DNA from: Octopus vulgaris
Taxonomy: Eukaryota
DNA: 64,000 bases
NCBI GenBank assembly: GCA_951406725.2
Contig: OX597838.1
Span: forward strand, 16,864,001 to 16,928,000
Direction: 5' to 3'
Shown here piece after piece: positions 37,829 through 51,100 of this stretch (position 1 is its first letter; each line of letters begins with the position of its first letter). Below the pieces are notes generated by a model, which worked only from the letters and a program-made list of their open reading frames with translations, ran no database searches and was not told the origin of the DNA. Both the position numbers and the translations under genes were made by a program.

Positions 37829-40800
37829 CTAGAAAAGAGAAAACCAAAAATTATTACCATAAATCTTTTTGAGTATAATTCGTATTTTTTCCCCAAAATT
37901 TAAAGGTCAAAATCCCTAGTGTGTATTATACAGGAGGTTAAAAATGAAAATTATTTTCTAAGCAATGTCCGAGTCTCTATTTGCTGTCCAGCAATGTTTA
38001 TTCAGACACATTTTGTGATGTCGGCCGCGAAAATACGTTAAGCTAAGCCCGAAAGCAATGAAGTCATAAAAGAATCATCCATAACTTGCAGTAAGCAACA
38101 TTTATTAAACGTTATTACTGCTATTTCTTTATTTTCTGCAAACAAAATGCACAAAAATGCTACACGTTTGCATTACGTTATATATATACAATAATAATAA
38201 AGGATGTTACCGTATACAGTTTTACAAACCAAGGACGTTATATAGACCTCCTTGACTCAAGTTAGAGAAGGGGTGCGTATTATACACAAGGTTGAGGTTT
38301 TTCGGAGGTACAGCCCCCTAAAAATTCCCTGCATATTATACTCAAGGGCGGACTATACTCGAGGATTTACGGTACTCAATAACCCCACAACAGAAACTTT
38401 ATTACATTCAAATGATAAATTACTTCCCTTTACTCAACAATTTCAAAGGTTTTTAGACAGTTTATGAATTTAATTTAAGTGAGGTGTTTCAACTTTTCTC
38501 CTTAAGATAAATGGTTTGTGATCTCATCCAACGTTGCAAAATATTAAGAAATTTTTACTATTTTTATTTTTTATTTGTTCTAGTGTTGTTTATTCATATA
38601 TTTATTTAGTTTGTAGCTTGTTAGATATTTTTAAGAGAATTTCAAACTTTGGGATTAAAGAGAAGTTATCCTTAAATTGGTACAACTACTTGGCACAACT
38701 ACTTGTAATGTTGCAGATTCAGTTATAGGCACCCGAGAGTCGGGTGGGGGACATTAAAATTGGTGAGTTATTAAGTCTATGACTCAAGAACAGGAACAGT
38801 ATCTCCAACTGGCTTCCACTAATTTCTATCTACCGAATTTGGTCAATCTGGGGATTACACTTGCCCAAGTTGCAAGCAGATTGAATCCAGAGAATTTCAA
38901 ACTCTGGGAATAAACAACAACTTGTAAAGCCTGAATGAAATACATCAAAAGTCAAATGACATCCAACCAACTATTTCGATTTTGAATATAATAATAATAA
39001 TAATGAAATTATTGTATACAGTGCTCAGGTGCACCACAACTTGTCAGAAAGTGCATATAAAGTACATGCAGTAATGTAAAAATGTCTGGAAAGCGAACAA
39101 TGTATGAGTCAGATACATGCTTGTGTGTGTATGGAGGGGAGAAAATCAGGTGTAGTGTTGGCAAATCTCAAAAAGCATGGAAGTTTTGAAGGATGCAGTG
39201 CTCCGACAACTAACAACTGATGCTGGCAGTTTGTTCCATGCTTCAGCAACTCTCAGCATGAAAAAATGTTTCCTGAAGTCATGGGAGCTGTGCTGTTTTC
39301 TGACTTTGTAAATATGTCCACGGGTGTTAGACAGGTGGAGTTTGAAAAGGTGCTCAGAGTTATTGTTTGTACGATGGTTGATAATTTTATGGGTGTCTGC
39401 CAAGTCAGCTGTCAGACGTCGGAGTTTCAATGTGTCCATGCCCAGGGAAGTAAGGCATTCAGGATATGGCAAATGCCTGATGGAGGGTATTCTTTTGGTT
39501 GCATGTCGCTGAACAGCTTCCAGATGATTGATATCCTGGGCAAGATAGGGGTTCCAGACCGGTGATGCAAATTCCAGGTGAGGTCTTACCATAGCTATAT
39601 AAAGCCGCAGATAGATAGCCGGAGATATGACTTGGTCAGCAGAGGAAGTGCAGCATCTATAACTCTATTTTAAAGACCTCTGAGATTGATGGGAGGAAGA
39701 GAAGAAGTTATCCTTAAATCAGACACTTGGCACAACTACTTGTAATGTTGCAGACTCGGTTATAGGCACCCGAGAGTCAGGTGGGGGACATTAAAATTGG
39801 TGAGTTATTAAGTCTGTGACTGAAGAACAGGAACAGTATCTCAGTATAATAATCATGAAATTATTGTATACAGTGCTCAGGTGCACCACAACTTGTCAAA
39901 AGTGTGTATATGGTTCTTATGATTAAGTTAAAATACAGAATGTATTTTAAAAATTATTTGTTTCCTGGGTGGAGGAAGTTTCATTGAGAAGCTTTGAAGA
40001 TGACAGGAAATTGTGTTTGATATTTTCCTTATTCACATTGATTTCTATTGTCAACCTTTGCATTTTGTTTTTTCTGAAATTAACTTCATATATTGCTACA
40101 GATTCTGAACAGATTCAAAATGAAGAATAACGGTGCTCCAGCAGGAGCTTTATTACCATGTCTTTCTTTTGTCCTCATAAAGACTAGAAACCAAAGACCC
40201 TTGGTGAAGGGATTCACTCCTTATATGCAAGTAAGGTGGCTCAAATGAGCTTAAGAAATGGGAGGCCTTGATTGGTTGGCTTTGGCCCAGTGGCATGAAA
40301 TAGGTAGAGACAAATCACGCCACATGTCAACCAATCAGGTTAGTGGTTACAACAGGAACAACTCGGCCAAAGATGGCCGTAATCTCAAATGAGATTATTC
40401 CTGCCGTGTTTCTCAAACAGTGAGGATATCAGAGACCACTACAAGTGTTATCATATTAATGGAACTTTGACCCGCTTCACTGACAAGCCTAAACAACAAA
40501 CAACATTTATGATATTCCATTCTAAAATATCATAGAAGATTGGTACTATTTTGTTGTAATTGATACTATTACTATAAGATTGATACAATTTCGTAGCATA
40601 CTTAATTAAATAAATCACTGAGGTTAATTACTCAGTTATACTAATTTTTCACACATACTTATGCCCAAATGCAGTGCATATCTACTTAAGGGTTTTCCCA
40701 TCACAACTTCAGCAAGTAAAATGAAGTCCATACTTTACTAAAGAGGTCTAATAAAACTGAAGGTATCCAGAATTGTGTCTGGTACATACTGAAATGATTA

Positions 40801-43800
40801 AAATTAATATTAATCATTATGTTAATGTCATTTTCTCACTGATAATTATTTTTAATTAGATTTTTTTTTCCTGCATATTACATTAAGTATGTTAATGCTA
40901 AGCTAGCTACAATTCTTAAAAAAAAACAAGCATTTATATCTGGAATGAGAGTTATAGGGAAACAAAATAAATTTTTTTATTAAAGCGTAATTTTGTTCTG
41001 TAACATACCTTATAGATTGTGGTAGGAAACTTGAACTGTACATGGCGAAAATCATGGAAGAACGTTCCGACATAGATAAGAATCATCAAGGCAAGTAGCC
41101 ATTCACTGCATGTTGATGTGAGATAGACTCCTTTATGAACAGTCTGAAATATTCAAGTTATACAGATCGTCAATAACATGTAACAAAGAAAATTCTCTTC
41201 TAAATACTCATATATATGAGTATTAATATATATATATATACATACATATATATGAGCATGGAATTTTGGTAGTGAACAAGTCATGGTCTCAAAACGACGA
41301 AAATATTTTGGTAAATTAAATTTAAATGTTGAAGTGAATCTAATGGTTTTTGTGTGTGTTTTTAAATGGCTTATAAACACCTTCCATGCTGCAATTGTTT
41401 TTGTTTCAGTACACTATATCTCAGATCGGGTCACTTGCTATGCAAGTACATCTCCGTACATATATATATATATATAAACATATATACAGAATTTGAGGAA
41501 GCAACATCCACATAAGGAATTGTTAAAAACAATCCTGATACCAACTGGGTTTAACCACATATATTGATAAGAAGATCATCAATATATATACTCTTACTCT
41601 TTACTCTTTTACTTGTTTCAGTCATTTGACTGCGGCCATGCTGGAGCACCGCCTTTTAGTCGAGCAAATCGACCCCGGGACTTATTCTTTGTAAGCCCAG
41701 TACTTATTCTATCGGTCTCTTTTGCCGAACCGCTAAGTTACGGGGACGTAAACACACCAGCATTGGTTGTCAAGCAATGCTAGGGGGACAAACACAGACA
41801 CACAAACACATACACACACACACATATATATATACACATATATACGACAGGCTTCTTTCAGTTTCCGTCTACCAAATCCACTCACAAGGCATTGGTCGGC
41901 CCGGGGCTATAGCAGAAGACACTTGCCCAAGATGCCCCGCAGTGGGACTGAACCCGGAACCATGTGGTTGGTAAACAAGCTACTTACCACACAGCCACTC
42001 CTGTGCCTGTGTATATGTGTATAAACAGATTTTTTTGGATACTTTTGAGGTATTTTGTTGGTTGAGGTGGTTCCTTTTATATTCTTATAGGTATATTTTT
42101 TAATTTTTTAATTTGCATTACTTTTTCAATTGTAATACAAATAAAATGAACCAAGCATCTTTTTAATTTTTCTTCTCTATTTTCTTTTATTGACTTTTTA
42201 ATTTTATAAATCAGGTCATCCCATAAGTTCTGTCCGATTTTACCTTTTTTAAAATTGAATGAAATTTAATAGTATTTTAAGATGTCTAATGGAATTAAAA
42301 ATTGTTTTTATGCATTTGTGTACATTTAAACTAATTAAATACTATTTAACAGAATAATAGAATTAAAATTTCTTTGGTTAAAACACTTTCTAACATGGAA
42401 GTATCCAAAGAGCATTAAAGGCACATAATGCTTTATGAGTTCAAAAAAAGGAAACTCCGCTGCTGAAGTGACTTGAAACATACACTCAGTTTATGTGAAA
42501 GAATGCTTGAATGAAAGAAATTGCAGAAGATGGTTTGCAAAATTCAGAAGTGGAGATTTCAGCCTTGAAGATGAAGATCAAACAAGACATCCAGTTGAGT
42601 TTGATGATAAGATCCTTGAGGCATTGCTTGAAGAAAATCCTGTATTATCAGTGGAAGAATTGGCAATAAAGCATAGTTCAAACCATGCAACTGTTCATCA
42701 TCATCTTCAACAACTTGGAAAGGTTCCTAAACTTGGAAAATGGGTACCTCATGAATTGTCTGAAAGCAACTGCAAATCTCGAGTTGACATCTGCTCTTCT
42801 CTCCTTTCTCACGAACTCATTTCACCCTTTTTGGATAGACTTGTGACTGGTGAAGAAAAATGGATCTTCTATCGAGATGTTAAATGTCGTAAACAGTGGT
42901 TTGGTAAAAGAGAAAAAGCTTAACCACAACTGAGAAGGGAACTTCATGGGAGAAAGGTTCTTCTCTCTATCTGCTAGGATTGCAAAGGAGTAATTCACTT
43001 TGAATTGTTACCACCTACTGCAACAATCAATGCTCAAGTCTACTGTCAGCAATTAGAGTGTTTGAACCAAGCTTTGAAGAAAAATGACCTGCTTTAGTGA
43101 ATCGAAAAGGAGTGATGTTTCATCAGGACAGTGCACAACCCCACACTGCAAAGATCACATCACAGAAGATCAAAGAGCCTGGTTGTGAAAAAATTCCTCA
43201 TCCATGTTATTCTCCCGACCTTGCTCTTTCAGACTACCATTTATTTCATAGTTTACAGAATCATTTGGGGGACATAGCTTTCACAAGCCAAGAAGAGGTC
43301 GAAATTGACATTTTGGAGTTCTTCGCTTTGAAACCAAAAGAGTTTTACAATGATGGGATTAAAAAGCTAGTAAATAGATGGAAGGAAGTCATAGCTAATC
43401 AGGGAAAGTACATTGATGATTGAATTTCAATCAAATATAACATTTGATCACTTGTTTTCTTTATTAAAATTTCGGACAGAACTTATGGGATGACCTGATA
43501 TATATATATGTATATATATTCATGAAGTTGTGAAGTAGACTGAAATAGACTTCATTTTATCCCCTTGCTTGAAATATTTTGAATACAAACTGTTTTCTCT
43601 TACTGTTACAAAATTTTTTTTTATATCTTTTACTTGTTTCAGTCATAGAACTGTGGCCATGCTGGAGCACTGCCTTGAAGAGTTTAGTCAAACAAATCGA
43701 TTTATTTTTAAACCTGGTGATTATTCTATCAGTTTCTTTTGCAAAAAAAAAAAAAAATGCTAAGTTATGGGAGTATAAACAAACCAACACTGGTTATCAA

Positions 43801-45136
43801 ATGGTAATCAAACGCAACACACATACAAAGACACATACATACACACATGCATTTATACATACAGCAGGCTTCCACACAGTCTCCAACTACCAAATTAGCC
43901 TCACAAGGCATTGGTTGACCCAAGGACTTTACTAGGTGCTGCACAGTGGGATTGAAGCTGAAACCATGTTGTTGTAAGCAAAATTCTTAACCGCACAACT
44001 ATATATGCTAATTAATTAACTCTTTTAATTTGTATTTTGTAAATATTTCACAAGGTAACAATCTTATTGGCACATTTCTCTGGCCATGGAGAAATATTAC
44101 CTATTTCTTTACTACCCACAAGGGGCTAAACATAGAGAGGACAAACAAGGACAGACAAATGGATTAAGTCAATTATATCGACCCCAGTGTGTAACAGGTA
44201 CTTATTTAATCGACCTCGAAAGGATGAAAGGCAAAGTCGACCTCGGTGGAATTTGAAATCAGAATGTAGCGGCAGACGAAATACCTATTTCTTTACTACC
44301 CACAAGGGGCTAAACATAGAGAGGACAAACAAGGACAGACAAACGGATTAAGTCGATTATATTGACCCCAGTGCATAACTGGTACTTATTTAATCGACCC
44401 CCAAAAGGATGAACGGCAAAGTCGACCTCGGTGGAATTTGAAATCAGAATGTAGTGGCAGACGAAATACCTATTTCTTTACTACCCACAAGGGGCTAAAC
44501 ATAGAGAGGACAAACAAGGACAGACAAACGGATTAAGTCGATTATATCGACCCCAGTGCGTAACTGGTATTTATTTAATCGACCTCGAAAGGATGAACGG
44601 CAAAGTCGACCTCGGCGGAATTTGAAATCAGAATGTAGTGGCAGACGAAATACCGCTTAGCATTTCATCCGGCGTGCTAACGTTTCTGCCAGCTTGCCAT
44701 GGAGAAATATTACCTTACTTGGAAACATGAGGGTTGGCAACAGGAAAAGGATCCAGCCATAGGAAATCCACCTCAAAAAAATTCATCCAATCCAAGAAAG
44801 CATTGAAAAGCAGACTTTAAAATGATGATGATGGGAAGAGAGGTAGGTTGGTAGAATTGTTAAGGTGTCAGACAAAATGACTTGTGGTGTTTACTCATGG
44901 TCCTCTATACGAGTTCAATTCTTACTATGTTTTTGTTTTTGTTTTGTTTTGCTTGTTTCAGTCATTTGACTGCGGCCATGCTGGAGCACCGCCTTTAGTC
45001 GAGCAAATCGACCCCGGGACTTATTCTTTGTAAGCCCAGTACTTATTCTATTGGTCTCTCCTGCCGAACCGCTAAGTTACGGGGACGTAAACACACCAGC
45101 ATCGGTTGTCAAGCAATACTAGGGGGACAAACACAA

Positions 45137-45169
<33 letters not shown>

Positions 45170-48100
45170 CATATATACGACAGGCTTCTTTCAGTTTCCG
45201 TCTACCAAATCCACTCACAAGGCATTGGTCGGCCCGGGGCTATAGCAGAAGACACTTGCCCAAGATGCCACGCAGTGGGACTGAACCCGGAACCATGTGG
45301 TTGGTTAGCAAGCTACTTACCACACAGCCACTCCTGCGCCTCATTCTCTCATATGAGTTAAGAACCAGGGTTCATTTAATCAGTAGTGTCCTCCCTAGAA
45401 GAATGTGTGGCATTGTGTCACTGTTGACAAACAATATTTATTAATTTTGACTTTTTACTTCCTCCCATTAACAATTATGAAACTATTCAAGACTTAAATG
45501 CTAATCCCCAACCCCGTCTTTATCCCTCACACCTGAAAAATGGGGTCAACTAGAAGATATCAAAAGTCTGCTGTAATTCACAAATCATAAAAGAAAATGA
45601 GCCGAGTATTGTAAGTGAATAACAGCAATGGTAAGGAAAGGGAGTAAGAAAGTTAGATGCTGTTATAAGGGAGAACTATTTTTATATGACAAAAGATGGA
45701 CAACTGCCAACACTTTGGCTAAAATGAGAAAGTTATAAGTATTAAAATGCTTTCATAATAGAGGTAATCTTTTAGATGTGGAGGCGCAATGGCCCAGTGG
45801 TTAGGGCAGCGGACTCGCGGTCGTAGGATCGCGGTTTCGACTCCCAGACCGGGCGTTGTGAGTGTTTATTGAGCGAAAACACCTAAAGCTCCACGAAGCT
45901 CCGGCGGGGGATTGTGGTGATCCCTGCTGTACTCTTTCACCACAACTTTCTCTCACTCTTACTTCCTGTTTCTGTTGTACCTCTATTTCAAGGGGCCGGC
46001 CTTGTCACTCTCTGTGTCACGCTGAATATCTCCGAGAACTACGTTAAGGGTACACATGTCTGTGGAGTGCTCAGCCACTTGCACGTTAATTTCACGAGCA
46101 GGCTGTTCCGTTGATCGGATCAACCGGAACCCTCGTCGTCGTAACCGACGGAGTGCTTCCATCCAATCTTTTAGATGCACATCAATGAAAGTAAGAAAGT
46201 TAACTCTTAAAGTCCCACATCAAGAATATCTACAGCAGTAGTCTAATCCCGAAATGCATAAAACTACAGTTCAAATGGTGTTTGTTGCTCAGGAGTTGAA
46301 ACTACAACTAAGCAGTCTTTTTGTGCAAGAAATAGAGTTTAGTTGCATCTTAGAAATAACTGCTGATCAAAAGACTTCCTATTTGCATCATGAGTTTTTT
46401 TATAAAGTTTTACAAGTTAGAATGTGCTAGTATTTACTTATTATTGATGGCACGTATGAATGACGAAGCCACCTTGACTATGATCCTATGAACCGTAAAA
46501 ATTAATACAGAGAATTGCTTATTTACTCTTTTACACTTTTACTTGTTTCAGTCATTTGACTGCGGCCATGGCCATGCTGGAGCACCGCCTTTAGTCGAGC
46601 AAATCGACCCTGGGACTTATTCTTTTGTAAGCCCAGTACATATTCTATCAGTCTATTTTGCCGAACCGCTAAGTAACGGGGACATAAACACACCAGCATC
46701 GGTTGTCAAGCAATGCTAGGGGGACAAACACAGACACACAAACACACACACACATACATATATATATACATATATACGGCGGGCTTCTTTCAGTTTCCGT
46801 CTACCAAATCCACTCACAAGGCATTGGTCGACCCGGGGCTATAGCAGAAAACACTTGCCCAAGATGACATGCAGTGGGACTGAACCCGGAACCATGTGGT
46901 TGGTTAGCAAGCTACTTACCACACAGCCACTCCTGCGCCTATTTACTTATTATTTATATATTAATGATTTAATTAGAAAATCGATGACCAGTAACTGATT
47001 TCTGGTAAATATATTTTCTTTCATTTCGTTTTTGTCTTTGGTTTGCAAGATTCTTTATGTGGATTCGTGTGTTGAAGCATTTTTTATTGTGTCTGGGGAG
47101 AGTCATTCTTTTAGTGCTTTATTAATTCAACACACTCACCAATTCTGATAACGGACAGAGTCAATGACTATTGGAAAGGTTTCAAGATAACGAAAATTTT
47201 AGTAAAAATAAATAAGTAGGTGTAGTAGTAGCTGTGTGGTAAGTAGCTTGGTTCTGGGTTCAGTCCCACTGCGAGGCACCTTGGGCAAGTGTCTTCTACT
47301 GTAGCCTCGGGCTGACCAAAGACTTGTGAGTGGATTTGGTAGACGGAAACTGAAAGAAGCCTGTCGTATATATGCATATATATATATATATATGTATGTA
47401 AGTATATAAGTTTGTGTGACTGTGTTTGTTCCTCCAGCATCGCTTGACAACCAATGCTGGTGTGTTTATGTCCTTGTAACTTAGTGGTTTGGCAAAAGAG
47501 ACTGATAGAATAAGTACTAGGCTTATAAAGAATAAGTCCTGGGGTCGATTTGCTCGACTAAAGGCAGTGCTTCAGCATGGCCACAGTCAAATGACTGAAA
47601 CAAGTAAAAGAGAAATGAGTGGAAATCAGACTGGTGAGTGTGTTAAATTAGTAAGGCACTAAAAGAGAATGACTCTCCTCAGACACAATAAAATGTTTTC
47701 TTTTCTTTTACTTGTATCAGTCTTTTATTTGCATGACTAAAGGTGGTGCTCCAGCATGGCCGCAGTCAAATGACTGAAACAAGTAAAAGAATAAAATAAT
47801 AAATAAACAACCATCCTGAAATATAAACAATACAAAATAATTTACATTTTAAATCCTCCTCTACATATTCTGTCTCTTTAGATTCTCGTGTGGTATAAAA
47901 GTCAATCCACATGATAGTGACATATGAAAAATGTAATAAGGAATGTTTTAATACTTACATATTTTGAACCTTGATATTTATTTCGCTTGTAATATATTAC
48001 TGTGATTATAACTGGAGTTAGTTAAGGTAAAATGAAAATGTATTCAACGAAAGGAAATTTATATGATACAGAAATGAATGAAGAAAGTGTTTTACAGTTT

Positions 48101-51100
48101 ACTAGCAGTATCGCCTGGCGTTGCTCGGGTTTGTAAGGGAAATAACTATATAAGCATTTTTAGAGAGTTATAGCCAAAAAATAGCAAAAAAATGCATTTA
48201 AAAATCGTTGACTCATCGTAGACATTTTTAGAGAGTTACTTCCCTTATATAATAGCGAAAAAATGCATTAAAATGGAAAAAAATGATGGTAAATTTTTTT
48301 TTTAATCATAGACTCATCGTAGACGCGCGCTAATACCCAGAAGGGCTCGATATGAATCACGACTATAATACCCGGTTTTGGTTAAACTGCACTGCAAAAT
48401 GTGGGAGTAGTTAGGAATCTAAATCGTAGGAGACAGACACACAACTTTACTTTTATATATAAAGATAAGTCTTTCAGTTAATAATTACATACTAGAATAA
48501 ATCTGTTAAAGAATTCTTTGTAGCTTAATGTAGAATCTAAATTTTAAAAACTTGCTGCTGGTTTTATATATTTTCTAGTTTGATAACATATCTGGAAAAG
48601 ATGGCTGCTTGACATAAATAATAAATTCATTTTTTTGAAATTTTCAAGGAACATTAAAAAATCCAAATTTAGGAATAGCTTAAATGACCTTTATTTCACA
48701 TTTTCTAGTTTAATAACTTTTAGTTCAGTATTTATCAGTTCAGGTTTTATTGTTTTCAGGAGGAGATTTTTGGAATTAGATAAATAACTATAAATGAAAC
48801 TTGAATAGTAAGTTACTAAACATTAGTGTTTAGTAAGACATCCTGAAATAGAAATGAAACTTTTCATATTTCTTTTGCTTCTACAAATAAAAGTTTGGTT
48901 ACCTGCTCATAGGTATACCATATTTTCAATGTAGAAACTCTATATAATAGGGCAGAAATTAAATTAAAAATGATTATTATTTTCACCATATTAGTTTAAA
49001 ATTATTTTTGGCACAAGGCCAGAAATTTTGGAGAAGGGGTTAAGTCAATTAAATCGACCCAAGCTCAATTGATACATGCTTTATCAATCTCAAAAGGATG
49101 AAAGACAACCGATGCTGGTGTGTTTACGTCCCCGGTAGAATTTGAACTCAGAACGTAAAGATGGATAAAGTGGTAGAATTTGGTAGAATTTGGTAGAATT
49201 TGGTACCTTGGTAGAATTTGAACTCAGAACGTAAAGATGAATAAAGTGGTAGAATTTGGTAGAATTTGGTACCTTGGTAGAATTTGAACTCAGAACTTAA
49301 AGATGGATAAAGTGGTAGAATTTGGTAGAATTTGGTACCTTGGTAGAATTTGAACTCAGAACGTAAAGATGGACAAAGTGCCGCTAAGCATTTTGCCTAG
49401 TGTGCTAATGATTCTGCCAGCTCGCTGCCTTTATTTTCACCATATTAGATAATATTTAAATTACCAAGTAAAGTGAGGACATTGTAAGAATAATTCAGAA
49501 TATCTTTTAGTACAGAATAAGAAAACAGATAAATTTCTAAAATGTCACATGTTAGATATTAACCTCTCCAAGGCACAACCAGCTGATGGCACCACCCTGC
49601 ACACTTTTCCCTTTCTGTACTCTTTAATGTTTTGCAAGCTCACTGATGTAAACTCATTGCAACTTTGGCAAGAACAGTAAAGTTAATTTTTCACTGAGGA
49701 GGTTTAATAAGACTAAAACATATCTGAAGTTGTCTCCCTTATTGATGGAACATTTAAAATGATACTGGTTTCAAATCTTGGCAAAAGGCCTGCAATTTTG
49801 GGGGTAGAGAATAAGTCAATTACATCAACTCCAGCTCATAACTGGTACTTATTTTATCGACCCTGAAAGGATGAAAGGCAAAGTCAACCTCAGCGGAATT
49901 TGAACTCAGAATGTAAATGACAGATGAAATATCGATAAGCATACAAGTTGATATATTTTTCATAACTGGGAAATACACCCAGCAACATCAACACTGTGCA
50001 AACATATATTGGGTTGTCCAGAAAGTTTGTGCTGATTTATAGTAGCTTATCTTTCGACTTATTTTAGAACATGGTTGAGTTCATAAAATAGGATTTGACT
50101 ACACCTCCATTTAGAGTACAGTTTAACCCTTTCATTACCATATTTCTTTTGAGATGCTCTGTGTTTCTTTCAATTTAATTCAAATATAACAAAGAATTTA
50201 ATAAGATAACTTAGCTATCATTCAGCTGGTGTCAGGAACATACATTGTGACTAAGGTGTGATAGAAGATTTTAATTCAAAACTTATGAAAACAAGACATT
50301 TGTACTACAGAGCCAGAGGCAGTGTCAGCCGGATTGGTATTAAAAGGGTTAAGCTATCTTTCTGTGGAAGAAGGTTTATGTTCCTATAACCTGTGTTAAT
50401 TCTGTAACCCTTTAAAATGGAAGATAAGAAAGTTCATTTTTGGCACTTGATGCTTTTCTTTTTCCATAAAGGGAAAAATACCTCACAAGCAACCAAAGAA
50501 ATATGCACAGTTTACGGTGATGTTTCTTTATATGAAAGAACTGTACGGAAGTGGTTCACAAAGTTCCGAGCTGGAGATTGTAGCCTTATTGATAAAGAGC
50601 GATCAGGCAGACCATCCACTACAGATGATGACCAAATCAAGTCATTAATTGAGAATAACCCACATTGTACAACCTGAGAATTGGCAGAAAGCCTCAACCT
50701 ATCAAAATCCATCGTTCATGAGCATCTAGTAAAACTTGGGTAATGGCAAGTATTTATTGATCTTTTTCTTTCCTTTAAAAATCGGCATGAACTTTCCGGA
50801 CAACCCAATATTTACCAAAATTAAAATTACTACATTAGATTTATTACATAGTCTATTTGTTTAGGAAAAGCTTTATGATAAAATTCAGTTTAGAGTTCAC
50901 CTCCACTCCCCCAAAATCGATTTAACTCCTTAGTGTTCACATTACTCTGTTAACTGAAATGGTTTATTTACTCTTTACTCTTTTACTTGTTTCAGTCATT
51001 TGAGTGCGGCCATGCTGGAGCACCACCTTTAGTCGAGCAAATCGACCCCGGGACTTATTCTTTGTAAGCCCAGTACTTATTCTATCGGTCTCTTTTGCTG

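Noticed and set aside
41260-41455. Hammerhead in the repeat shared with 36070-36195
   Set aside because: The core lacks CUGANGA; it can only be called an interspersed repeat.
42495-43423. SETMAR-like domesticated gene
   Set aside because: Stops, frameshifts, a D-to-E change at the first catalytic residue and retained TIRs indicate a dead mariner; no SET domain.
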